A DNA stretch of 52,702 nt from Chloroflexota bacterium (GTDB lineage: Bacteria > Chloroflexota > Limnocylindria > P2-11E): assembly GCA_031404235.1 (NCBI GenBank), contig JANNHF010000059.1, forward strand, positions 1 through 52,702, given 5' to 3'. This document shows, in pieces, positions 8,203-16,578 of the stretch. Position 1 is the first letter of the stretch; each line of letters opens with the position of its first letter. Position numbers and translations under genes: made by a program. The notes below the pieces were generated by a model. That model saw only the letters and a program-made list of their open reading frames with translations, did not search any database and had not been told where the DNA came from.

Positions 8203-9333
8203 GTGCTCGCGCGCGTGCGCGCCGAAGTCGCCTCCGGTCTCGATCCGAGCGCGATGCTCGCGCTCTACGCCGATCCGGCCCGAAGGCTCACGCTGCGTGA
8301 ACGCGTCCGTGCAGCCTCACCCAGCCATCTCTCGGAAGATCAGATCGAGGCCATCTGTGCGGAGCTCTTCGGGTTCGGCCTTCTCCAGCCCCTCCTGGAC
8401 GATGGCGATGTCACGGACGTGCTTGTGAACGGCCCCGCGCAGGTCTTCGTCGAACGCCTTGGGCGGCTCGAGCGAGTGGCTCTGCGGTTCGCTGACGCGG
8501 CCGCAGTCAGCGCGTTGGCACACCGCATCGCCGCCGGGGTCGGCCGCGAACTCACGATCGAGCGGCCTTTCGTCGACGCGAGGATGCGTGACGGTAGTCG
8601 GGCGAACGCGGTGATCGCCCCGGTCGGTGGTCCGACCTTGTCGATCCGCAAGTTCACGCGCGTGTCCCTCGCGCTCCGCGGTCCCGCGCCTTCATGGGAG
8701 GCGACCGGCGGACTCGTGGGTCAGGCCGCGGATCTTCTCGCGCGGATCGTCGTCGCGCGCTGCAACGTTCTGGTCGTCGGCTCTACCGGCGCGGGCAAAA
8801 GCACGCTGCTTCGGTCTCTGGCGAGCGAGATACCCGCGGACGAGCGGCTGGTGGTGATCGAGGACACCAACGAATTGGTGCTGCCGCACGAGCACGTCGT
8901 GCATCTGGAGTGCGTCCCGGGCCGCGACGGCGGTATCGGCGTCGCGGACCTCGTCGTGAACGCCCTCCGCATGCGCCCGGACCGGATCATCGTTGGGGAA
9001 GTCCGCTCGCCACGCGAGGCATCAGCGCTCCTGGAGGCGATCTCCACCGGACACGAAGGCTCACTCACGACGTTGCATGCGGGCTCAGCCCTGGGTGCGC
9101 TCGATCGGCTGGAGCTGCTGCTCGCCAGGTCAGGAGACGTCGCACCAACCGCGATCTCGCGCTTCGTCGCGCGTGCCTTCGACGTCGTTGTGCACGTCAC
9201 GCGCGCGAAGGATGGTCCGCGTTTCGTGCGCGAGATCGCCGCCCTGGAGGACGCGGGACCCGTGGTCGTGTGGCGCGCAGGCGAGGCATCGGTCCGGCCG
9301 CTCCCCAGCAGACTCCATCAACGACTGTCGTGA
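8203..9333 (+). CDS. cpaF: CpaF/TadA family pilus assembly ATPase (type II/IV secretion NTPase)
   Basis: It has Walker A VVGSTGAGKSTLL, Walker B/Asp box RLVVIEDTNEL, ALRMRPDRIIVGEVR and the His box GHEGSLTTLHA. The start is uncertain: GTG 8203 is the first plausible start after the upstream stop at 8191. Confidence 0.9.
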   Translation: MLARVRAEVASGLDPSAMLALYADPARRLTLRERVRAASPSHLSEDQIEAICAELFGFGLLQPLLDDGDVTDVLVNGPAQVFVERLGRLERVALRFADAAAVSALAHRIAAGVGRELTIERPFVDARMRDGSRANAVIAPVGGPTLSIRKFTRVSLALRGPAPSWEATGGLVGQAADLLARIVVARCNVLVVGSTGAGKSTLLRSLASEIPADERLVVIEDTNELVLPHEHVVHLECVPGRDGGIGVADLVVNALRMRPDRIIVGEVRSPREASALLEAISTGHEGSLTTLHAGSALGALDRLELLLARSGDVAPTAISRFVARAFDVVVHVTRAKDGPRFVREIAALEDAGPVVVWRAGEASVRPLPSRLHQRLS

Positions 9334-10163
9334 GCCTCTTGTGGGTGGGCGCGATCGCCACGACGTTGTCCGTCACATGCCTGGTGCTCATTCCCCTCGG
9401 CTCGCGACGCGTGTTGCCGCTCTCCATGACGCATCCCGAACGCGAGCTGCTACGCGAAGCGGGTTGGACACGGTCAATGCGCGCCTGGGAATCGATGCGC
9501 GCGATCGCTACGGCGTGCGGTCTCCTTGTCGCCGGTTCCGTTGATGCCCTGCCGGTGGGTGTTGTCGCAGCTGTCGTCCCATCATTCGTCGCGCGGACGC
9601 TTGCCGCTCGAAGCCGCGACGAGCGCGCTCGCGAGACGATCGGGCTGCTGCAGATGACCGTCGCCGGTCTCGGGTCGGGCGCGAGCCTGACGGAAGGTCT
9701 GCGACTCGCGACCGAGTCAGCGACACGGCGCGCATTCTGCCCTTTCGCGGCAGCCGTGAGGGCCTTTGACCTGGGCGCTCCGCTCGATGCGGCCCTCCGC
9801 GAAGCTCGGTCACAAGCGCGCGACCACCGCATCATCCTCGGTCTCGATGCGCTGACGATCTGTGTGGCAGAACAGCTGCCTGGGTCGCGCTGCGCCACGC
9901 TCATCTCGAGCGCCGTCGATCGGCTCGTCTTCGAGCAGCGGATGGCGGATGAGGTTCGCGCTCGCACGGCCGGACTTCGCACGCAGATCGTCCTGCTCGC
10001 GGCGCTGGTACCGGGTCTGGCGCTGTACCTCGCCTTGACGGTGCCCGGAATGGCGGAGACGCTCACAAGCCCGCTGGGCCGTTTCGTTCTCTTGCCGGTC
10101 GCTGCTGTGCTTGAGACAGCGGGGATCGTCGCGAGCAGGCGTCTCGTGATCGACATCCAGTGA
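9330..10163 (+). CDS. tadB: TadB-like pilus assembly membrane protein (T2SS F-domain)
   Basis: The GTG at 9330 overlaps the cpaF stop. It has an N-terminal TM helix, a cytoplasmic helical domain (GASLTEGLRLA...AFDLGAPLDAALREA) and C-terminal TM helices, which is the T2SSF architecture. Confidence 0.75.
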   Translation: MSLLWVGAIATTLSVTCLVLIPLGSRRVLPLSMTHPERELLREAGWTRSMRAWESMRAIATACGLLVAGSVDALPVGVVAAVVPSFVARTLAARSRDERARETIGLLQMTVAGLGSGASLTEGLRLATESATRRAFCPFAAAVRAFDLGAPLDAALREARSQARDHRIILGLDALTICVAEQLPGSRCATLISSAVDRLVFEQRMADEVRARTAGLRTQIVLLAALVPGLALYLALTVPGMAETLTSPLGRFVLLPVAAVLETAGIVASRRLVIDIQ

Positions 10164-10972
10164 GCATCGCCGGCGCAGTCGCCGCAGCCGCGTGCGTGGC
10201 CCTGCTTGTCCTCGCGGCTGCGCCCCGATCCCGTGTTGCCGCTCGTCTCCAAGTCCTCAGTCCGTCGAGCGCAAGCGTTCTCGGTCGCCTCCGCGGCGTT
10301 CGACTGATGGCCTCCACGACGCTCCAGGCGAGTGGCCTCGACATGGCCATCGAGCAGCTCGTCGCGGCGAAGATCGCCGCGGGGCTTGTCGGCGCCACCC
10401 TCGCCGCGGCCCTCACGCTGGTCGTGCCGATCGGCGCTCTTGTCGTGGTTGCTGCGGCGTACGTTGGCTTCATAGCGCCTTCCATCGTCGTCGAGCGGCG
10501 TGCGGCTGTACGCCGCCGCCAAGCCGAGAGCGCGATCGCGTCGTTCGTCGAGTGGACACACGCCCTTGTGCTGGCCGGACGCCCGGTGGATACCGCCGTC
10601 GTCGCACTGTCGCGCCGCGGTACCGGCTCGGCGCTCGTTGACGGAGTGCTCACGCGAGTCGCGGACTTCTACACCCTCGGTGCACCCCTTCATGCCTCTC
10701 TCGTACGCGAGTCGCGGAGCGCTGGTCTCGGTTCCCTCACGCGTCTCGCGGAGCGGCTTGAGCGCTCTCGCGAACTGGGGCAGGGCTCGGTGAGCGTGCT
10801 TGAGAGCGCGCGCGACGAGTTGCGGGGCGCGGCTCGGGATCGGCTGCTCGCGTCTGCGTCTCAAGTTGAAGGGAAAATGACGCTGATCCTGACGCTCTGT
10901 TACCTCCCAGCACTCGCGCTCCTTGTCGTTGTCCCATTGTTCGTTACGCTCCTGTCTGGCCTGTTCGGATGA
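10160..10972 (+). CDS. tadC: TadC-like pilus assembly membrane protein (T2SS F-domain)
   Basis: The GTG at 10160 overlaps the tadB stop. It has the same TM, helical-domain (FYTLGAPLHASLVRE), TM layout as tadB. Confidence 0.7.
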   Translation: MSIAGAVAAAACVALLVLAAAPRSRVAARLQVLSPSSASVLGRLRGVRLMASTTLQASGLDMAIEQLVAAKIAAGLVGATLAAALTLVVPIGALVVVAAAYVGFIAPSIVVERRAAVRRRQAESAIASFVEWTHALVLAGRPVDTAVVALSRRGTGSALVDGVLTRVADFYTLGAPLHASLVRESRSAGLGSLTRLAERLERSRELGQGSVSVLESARDELRGAARDRLLASASQVEGKMTLILTLCYLPALALLVVVPLFVTLLSGLFG

Positions 10973-11037
10973 GGCCCGTCGTGCGTACACTGTCTACGAG
11001 TAAGAAGCGCGCTCACTCGCGCGCGGGGAAGTGACGA

Positions 11038-11232
11038 ATGCCGTTCAACCTAGGGGGCCCGGAGCTCGTCTTCGTTCTCGTGATCGTTCTCATCGTGTTC
11101 GGAGCGGGGAAGCTCCCGGACGTTCTCGGCCAGCTGGGCAAGGGCGTGAAGACGTTCCGCGAAGAGGCGACCAACGCTGAGAAGCCCGCTGCCAGCACCG
11201 CGACCACGACCGAAAAGCCGAAGACGAACTAG
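11038..11232 (+). CDS. tatA: Twin-arginine translocase subunit TatA/E
   Basis: The sequence MPFNLGGPELVFVLVIVLIVFGAGKLPDVLGQLGKGVKTFRE is the canonical TatA TM helix, hinge and amphipathic helix. Confidence 0.9.
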   Translation: MPFNLGGPELVFVLVIVLIVFGAGKLPDVLGQLGKGVKTFREEATNAEKPAASTATTTEKPKTN

Positions 11233-11588
11233 ACAGTCGCCTTCGCGCGCAGCGCGGTCATGCGGCGGTGGCGCGCGAGATCGCAGTGCGCGCGTGCCTG
11301 CCACTCATCGGGATCGTCGTCGCGGCAGTCGTACGTCCGGCAATGCTCCGGGCGCGACTCGTAGACCGCGCACTGCAGGTGCTTCTTGTCGAACGCCTGG
11401 CACTCGAACTGTGGCTGCCGTCCATCCTTCTGCGTGTGCCAGCCGACGATCTTGATATCCGTTCCGGCCTCGAGATAGATCGGCCGCGCATCGGCGAGCG
11501 TGAACCAGCCGGTGTCGTCCTCCATGAACTGCTTGCGGCAGCACGGCGCCTCGCAGCTCTCGCAATCCGGATAGCCCTCGGGCGGCAT
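11229..11588 (-). CDS. YkgJ-like cysteine-cluster protein (putative Zn/Fe-S binding)
   Basis: It has an N-terminal CESCEAPCC cluster and C-terminal Cys residues (C..AVYESRPEHCRTYDC), typical of the CxxCxxCC family. Confidence 0.6.
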   Translation of the reverse strand: MPPEGYPDCESCEAPCCRKQFMEDDTGWFTLADARPIYLEAGTDIKIVGWHTQKDGRQPQFECQAFDKKHLQCAVYESRPEHCRTYDCRDDDPDEWQARAHCDLARHRRMTALRAKATV

Positions 11589-11623
11589 CGCACTCTCCCC
11601 TGTGCCAGACTGACGCTCCCGTC

Positions 11624-13252
11624 ATGGTAGGCACGTTGCTCGAGGCGACCGTCAGGACCTTTCTCGACGACCGTTTCAAGCTCGACCCGGTCGCCGCGAC
11701 GGTCATGGGCGACCACTCGCACGACCACCAGCTCGGTGACTTCACCGCCGCCGGCTTCGCCGCGCGCAACGAGCTCACCGAGGACTGGCTGCGGCGGTTC
11801 ACCGCCATGGGGCAGGACAGCCTCGATCCATACCAGAAGGTCGACCGCGACCTCGTCCTGGCCGAGCTCCGCGGCGACCGCGCGCTCCACTCCTTCGAGC
11901 GGTGGCGCCGCCAGCCGTCGCTGTACTCCGACGTCATCACGCGCGGCGCGTACTACACATTGCTTCGCCAGTACAGCACCGTCGAGGACCGGCTCGCGAT
12001 GCTCGCGGAGCGCCTGGCGGAAGTGCCGGCCGCGCTCGACGCGGCGCGCGCGAACCTGGATCCCTCGCGGGTGCCGCGGGAGTGGATCGCGATCGCCGAG
12101 CGCACGGCGCCCGCGGGCGCTGCGTTCCTCCGTGACGAGCTACCCAAGACGCTGCCGAATACGCCGCACGGGCGCGCGATCGGTCTCGCGCTGCTGCCGG
12201 CCGCGACCGCTGCGGCTGACGCGCTCGACCGTTACGTCGCGTGGCTGCGTGCCGATCTGCTGCCGCGGGCGCGCGGGACGTTCGCCATCGGACGCGAGGC
12301 GTTCGAGGCGCTGCTGAAGGAGAAGGAGCTGCTCGACCACGACGCGTCGAGCCTGCGTGCCTACGGCGAGGACCTGTACCGCGAGACCGAGTCGAAGCTC
12401 GCCGAGGCGGCGCGCGCCCTTGGCGACGACGACTGGCGCGACTCCGTCGCGCGACTGCGGAAAGACCATCCCGATGCCGATCAGCTCGTGGAGACGTACC
12501 GCGTCGAGATGGAGCGCTCGCGCGAGGCGGTGCGTGTCTCGTCGATCGCGTCGCTTCCGTACGGCGAGGACCTCACCGTCGAGGCGATGCCGGATTTCCA
12601 GCGCACGACGTATCCGTACGCCGCGTACGTCGCCGCCGCGCCGCTCGAGGCGAACCGCCGCGGCCGGTTCTGGGTCACCCTGCCGATGGCCGACGATGAC
12701 GAGCGCACCCGGCGCGAGCGCCTCGAGGGCCATCCGCGCGCCGGCATCCCGGTCATCGCCTGCCACGAGGGCTACCCCGGTCACCACCTGCAGCTCACGT
12801 ACGCGGCGGACAACTCATCCCTGGCGCGGAAGGCGCTGCGCAGCAACGTCATGGTCGAAGGCTGGGGCCTGTACGTCGAGGACCTCATGACCGAGATCGG
12901 CTTCCTCGATTCGCCCGAGACGCGCCTGCTGCGCCTGAGGGATCTGCTCTGGCGCGCCGCGCGCGTCGTCGTCGACGTCGGCCTCTCGACCGGCGAGATG
13001 ACCTTCGACGAGGCCGTCGCGTACATGGTCGAGCAGCCCAAGCTCGAGCCGCCGAACGCGATCGCCGAAGTGCGCCGTTACACGCTCACACCGACGCAGC
13101 CGTCCTCGTACGCGCTCGGACGCGAGGCGATCCTTGGGCTGCGCGAGAAAGCGCGTGCAAAGGGGTGGGGGATGCGCTTCTTCCACGACAAGCTGCTGGG
13201 CGCGGGCTCGCTGCCGCCCACGCTCATGGCTCGGGACGTGGACCTCGCCTAG
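11624..13252 (+). CDS. DUF885 family protein (metallopeptidase-like)
   Basis: The diagnostic HEGYPGHHLQ motif and the size (542 aa) fit DUF885. Confidence 0.8.
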   Translation: MVGTLLEATVRTFLDDRFKLDPVAATVMGDHSHDHQLGDFTAAGFAARNELTEDWLRRFTAMGQDSLDPYQKVDRDLVLAELRGDRALHSFERWRRQPSLYSDVITRGAYYTLLRQYSTVEDRLAMLAERLAEVPAALDAARANLDPSRVPREWIAIAERTAPAGAAFLRDELPKTLPNTPHGRAIGLALLPAATAAADALDRYVAWLRADLLPRARGTFAIGREAFEALLKEKELLDHDASSLRAYGEDLYRETESKLAEAARALGDDDWRDSVARLRKDHPDADQLVETYRVEMERSREAVRVSSIASLPYGEDLTVEAMPDFQRTTYPYAAYVAAAPLEANRRGRFWVTLPMADDDERTRRERLEGHPRAGIPVIACHEGYPGHHLQLTYAADNSSLARKALRSNVMVEGWGLYVEDLMTEIGFLDSPETRLLRLRDLLWRAARVVVDVGLSTGEMTFDEAVAYMVEQPKLEPPNAIAEVRRYTLTPTQPSSYALGREAILGLREKARAKGWGMRFFHDKLLGAGSLPPTLMARDVDLA

Positions 13253-13328
13253 GAGCGCGCCTTCGCGCTCGGCTCTATCCCCGACCCGATCTCGGTCACC
13301 GGGGCGGTTCCGCCGATAGAGTGGGACG

Positions 13329-14279
13329 ATGCCCTCTCGTCCGATGCGCTTCGCGACGCAGGCCGGCGGCGCGCCCAGCGGCCAGGAGTGGATCGATCGC
13401 GCGAAGCGTCTCGAGGCTCTCGGCTACGACACGCTCGCGATGCCCGACCACATGATCGGTGGCGCCTGGGCCGCGATGCCGGCCCTCGCGGTCGCGGCGA
13501 CGGTCACGCAGAAGCTGCGCGTCGGCACGCTCGTCATCGACAACGACTTTCGCAACCCCACGGTCTTCGCGCGCGAGTGCGCCGCGTTGGACGTGCTCAC
13601 GAACGGCCGCTTTGAGCTCGGGATCGGCGCGGGCTGGCTCGACCGCGACTACCAGAGCACCGGCATCGCGTTCGACCGCGGCCGGGTGCGCGTCGCGCGT
13701 CTCGCCGAAGCGGTGACGCTGATGAAGCGCCTCTTCACCGAGGAGCAGGTCTCCTTCGAAGGCGAGTACTACAACGTGGAGAAGGCGGAGTGCCGGCCGA
13801 AGACGGTGCAGCAGCCGCACCCGCCGATCCTCATCGCCGGGGGCGGACCCGACATCCTCGCGCTCGCCGGGCGCGAGGCGAACATCGTCGCGATCGTGCC
13901 GTTCGGGATCACCGGCTCCGGGACGATCCCGCCCGAGAAGTTCCGGCTCGAGACGATGCGCGAGCAGATCGGCGTGGTGCAGGGCGCCGCGGGCGCGCGC
14001 TTCGGCGAGATCGAGCTCTCGATGTTCCTCGACTGCACGCTCACCGACGACCGCGAGAAGACGATCGCCGAGCTCGCCGGCAAAGTCGGCCCTGGTGAGA
14101 GGGGCAAGGTCGACCCCGACGTGACACGCAACAACGCGTACCGCGGGATCGGCACGCTCCGTGAGATCCGCGACCACATCGTGCGCGTGCGGGACGCGAT
14201 CGGGATCACGTACTTCTGCCTGCGCGGCCCGGATGTCGAGCGCCTGGGACCGATCGTGGGTGAGCTAACGGGCCGCTAG
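13329..14279 (+). CDS. Luciferase-like monooxygenase (LLM) class, probably F420-dependent oxidoreductase
   Basis: The segments LGYDTLAMPDH, FRNPTVFARECAALDVLTNGRFELGIGAGW and the C-terminal layout are typical of LLM/F420 oxidoreductases. The start is 13329 or 13344. Confidence 0.8.
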   Translation: MPSRPMRFATQAGGAPSGQEWIDRAKRLEALGYDTLAMPDHMIGGAWAAMPALAVAATVTQKLRVGTLVIDNDFRNPTVFARECAALDVLTNGRFELGIGAGWLDRDYQSTGIAFDRGRVRVARLAEAVTLMKRLFTEEQVSFEGEYYNVEKAECRPKTVQQPHPPILIAGGGPDILALAGREANIVAIVPFGITGSGTIPPEKFRLETMREQIGVVQGAAGARFGEIELSMFLDCTLTDDREKTIAELAGKVGPGERGKVDPDVTRNNAYRGIGTLREIRDHIVRVRDAIGITYFCLRGPDVERLGPIVGELTGR

Positions 14280-14366
14280 TGGCGGGAACGCACCACCGAG
14301 CTGACGGGGAAGTAGCGGGCGAAGAGTGCCTTCTTGTCGCGCGGAGACAGCCGCAGCGCGTGAAGG

Positions 14367-16328
14367 CTAGGGCTGCTCCCAGGGCACGAGGCCGATCTTG
14401 CGGCCGACGGCCAGCGCCGGGTCGTTCGGGTCGGCGTACGAGCCCGTGATGGCCCGGCCGAAGACCTCGTTGCTGTCGATGGCCGTCACCTCGAAGACCG
14501 AGTAGCCGATGACGTCCGCGTACTGCGTCGCGCCACCGGCGACGACGGCCGATTCGAGGGTCACCTCGAGCAGGTGCGTCACGCGCTTGTTCGTCACGTC
14601 ATCGAGGCCGGTGGCGCGCACCCAGCCCTTGTAGATCTCGTCCGAGCGCGCCAGGAACGTCTGCACGTTGAAGGTGTGGTTCTCGCCGGGGTCGACACTG
14701 CCAACGCTGGTGCTGGCGAAGTTGCCGTCGATGCCACAGACGAGGACCTCGGGCGGCAGGATGCTCTGGCTGGTCGAGGTCGGGCACTTCGCCCATGAGA
14801 GCGTGATCAGGTTGTTGCCGGTCCATTTCGTCGCGCCGCCGGCGGAGGTGGTCGTCCGGATGACGTAGTTGGCTTGTATGCCAGGGCTGGCGATCGCCAC
14901 GAACGCGTCGGACGACGCGAGGCTGTAGTCCTTCTGCTGGTTGTCGACGTTGACGGTCACGAGCGCTTCGTGCACGCGGCTCGTGTACGGGGCGCTCGAG
15001 GTGCCACGGACCCACGCCTGGAAGATGCCGCGGTCGCAGCCAGAGGTGGTGATGTTCGTCCAGTTCTGGGTGTAGGTCGCCTGGCCGCTCGGCGTCGGGT
15101 TCGCGCTGAAGGTGCCGAAGGTGGAGCAGCCGTTGAGGAACGGGTTCGCCACTCCGGTGGCGCCACCGTCGGTCGTCAGCGTGCCGTTGTCCGGAATGAG
15201 CGTGGTCGTAACGGTCGCGCCGCTGGTCTGGAACTGCGGCGAGTACGTGAACTGCACCGTCGAGCTGCGCGTGCCGCTCGCCAGCAGCGTGAGCGTGCCG
15301 CTCGTGAGGTTGAAGTCCGGCACCGTCTTCACCGTGCCGTCGTACAGCTGAAGCAGCAGCTTGTCGCCGATGCGGAAGCGGTCCTCGTAGTCCTCAACGA
15401 AGATGCCCGAGCTCGCGCCGTTGAGCACGGCGATCTGAGCACAGGGTGCGAAGTTGCCGACCTGAACGACGCAGATGTCCGGTCCCGGGTAGCCCTCGAG
15501 GATCCAGGCGGACTCGTAGGCCTTGAGCGTGTTCACGCTGGCGGTCGGGGAGACCATGTTGAACGCGTCATGGACCAGGTTGCCGCTGCCGTCGGTGGTC
15601 GTGAAGTCACGGATGTCCAGCGCGATGTAGCCGCGGAACGAAGCGTCGTTCGTCGCCTTGGCCGATTGGCCGAAGAGCACGAACTCGCGGCCCTTGCTGG
15701 ACAGACTGGCCAGCGTGCAACCCGCTTCGCTGGTGCTCGTGCAGTTGTAGTCCTGGCTCTCGGCCATGACGTGGTCGATGAACTGGTTGGGGTTGCCGTT
15801 ACCCGGGCCGGGCGGGTTCGCATAGCGCTGGACCACGCTCGGGAGGAAGCCGGTCTTGCTCTTCGCGTAGCCTTTCGTCGTCATCGTGATCGTGTTCAGC
15901 GACGGGCTCGCGATCTTGATCAGGAATGTCGGCACCTGCACGGTGATCGCGACGCGGCAGCCGCGGCCATTGGTCGACACCGGCAGGATCCCGCTGATGA
16001 GGTTCTGGTCGCTGAGCGTCGGGTCGTAGACCTCACTGCCGAGCGCGGCATAGGTGACGTTGAGGCCAAGGGGGTTGCCCTTGAGGTTGCGCTGCTGCAG
16101 CACGGCGTCGCCGGCGTTCCATGCGTCGGCCACCACTCCGCCGGACGCGTACTTGTATGCGCACGCAAGCGCGGACGCGTCGACCGCGTCCTGGATGTAG
16201 CGGCGCTCCGAGTAGAAGCGCCCGACGTCGATGCCGAGCGCTGCAAAGCCCATGAGGACGGTGAACATGAGCGCAACGAGCACGACGGTCTGCCCGGCAT
16301 CCTCGCGAACGAAATGCGCCCTTCCCAC
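14367..16328 (-). CDS. TadG-like pilus-associated large protein
   Basis: The N-terminus EDAGQTVVLVALMFTVLMGFAALGIDVGRFYSERRYIQDAVDASALA matches the TadE/G-like (Tad N-terminal) signature. The rest is Thr/Ser/Gly-rich and predicted to be beta-rich. I propose a GTG start at 16328; the ORF-track extension to 16880 is Arg/Pro/Cys-rich and non-protein-like. Confidence 0.7.
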   Translation of the reverse strand: MGRAHFVREDAGQTVVLVALMFTVLMGFAALGIDVGRFYSERRYIQDAVDASALACAYKYASGGVVADAWNAGDAVLQQRNLKGNPLGLNVTYAALGSEVYDPTLSDQNLISGILPVSTNGRGCRVAITVQVPTFLIKIASPSLNTITMTTKGYAKSKTGFLPSVVQRYANPPGPGNGNPNQFIDHVMAESQDYNCTSTSEAGCTLASLSSKGREFVLFGQSAKATNDASFRGYIALDIRDFTTTDGSGNLVHDAFNMVSPTASVNTLKAYESAWILEGYPGPDICVVQVGNFAPCAQIAVLNGASSGIFVEDYEDRFRIGDKLLLQLYDGTVKTVPDFNLTSGTLTLLASGTRSSTVQFTYSPQFQTSGATVTTTLIPDNGTLTTDGGATGVANPFLNGCSTFGTFSANPTPSGQATYTQNWTNITTSGCDRGIFQAWVRGTSSAPYTSRVHEALVTVNVDNQQKDYSLASSDAFVAIASPGIQANYVIRTTTSAGGATKWTGNNLITLSWAKCPTSTSQSILPPEVLVCGIDGNFASTSVGSVDPGENHTFNVQTFLARSDEIYKGWVRATGLDDVTNKRVTHLLEVTLESAVVAGGATQYADVIGYSVFEVTAIDSNEVFGRAITGSYADPNDPALAVGRKIGLVPWEQP

Positions 16329-16456
16329 TGCTGTCCCGATGTTACCGAGAGGCGAACGGGCGGAGCGAGGCGCGGAGACCTGGTCGATACGTTGCGGAAA
16401 CTTCCCTGTCACGGCGTGAACTGTGTGGCACGGTCGGTCGCGGCACAACTCGCATT

Positions 16457-16504
16457 GGGGTAGCACGTTAGTACTGCCCCGAGAGGGGGAGACCCCTGGC
16501 TCCC
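16457..16504 (+). promoter_or_regulatory. Structured leader element with the motif TAGTACTGCCCC-loop-GGGGGAG, upstream of the first PD40/PKD gene
   Basis: Three alternative helices are possible: GGGGTAGCAC/GTACTGCCCC (16457-16480), CCCC-GAGA-GGGG (16477-16488) and GGGAG/CTCCC (16487-16504). The core motif is repeated at 18553-18575. Confidence 0.35.
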
Positions 16505-16578
16505 ATATACGCCTGTATGCCCGCCACCTACAAATCCTCCACCGCATGCTGGGTCGTGCGGTGAGGTGGACACAAAGG

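Larger units (their letters stand above)
4268..10972 (+). other. Tad/Flp (type IVc) pilus gene cluster, 10 co-directional genes
   Basis: The gene order is flp, tadE-like, tadE/F-like, orphan secreted protein, cpaB, orphan ORF, cpaE/tadZ-like, cpaF/tadA, tadB, tadC. Nearly every junction is an ATGA/GTGA/TTGA overlap. Confidence 0.85.

Noticed and set aside
9197-10990. 597-aa minus-strand ORF antisense to tadB/tadC. The same reasoning covers the other long alternate-frame or antisense ORFs in the track: 43637-45199 (-), 49337-50695 (-), 14874-16463 (+), 32595-33974 (+), 2764-3813 (+), 1153-2100 (+), 8694-9329 (+), 11258-11940 (-), 40053-40751 (-) and 20986-21753 (+).
   Set aside because: Their translations are dominated by Arg, Ala, Pro, Gly and Asp/Glu runs with no recognisable motifs. 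Each lies opposite to, or out of frame with, a gene that has clear family signatures. Open shadow frames like these are expected in very GC-rich DNA.
11229-11232. Palindromic CTAG shared by the stops of convergent tatA and the YkgJ-like gene. Similarly, there is a 3-nt gap between the convergent stops at 20892 and 20896.
   Set aside because: These are curiosities of tight packing. There is no evidence of function beyond the lack of room for terminators.
13253-13270. GAGCGCG-CCTT-CGCGCTC hairpin right after the DUF885 stop.
   Set aside because: The stem is short (7 bp), has no U-tract, and is of a kind that arises frequently in GC-rich DNA. It is plausible as a weak terminator but not distinctive.
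16426-16441. Sigma-54 promoter-like TGGCAC-GGTCGG-TCGC upstream of the first PD40/PKD gene. I also looked upstream of flp, the TadG-like gene and the antiporter-like operon.
   Set aside because: The -24 TGGCAC is perfect, but the GC of the -12 element is displaced by one nucleotide and the TTGC consensus is absent. Sigma-54 promoters are spacing-strict. I saw no better candidates by eye, and a PWM scan should be run.
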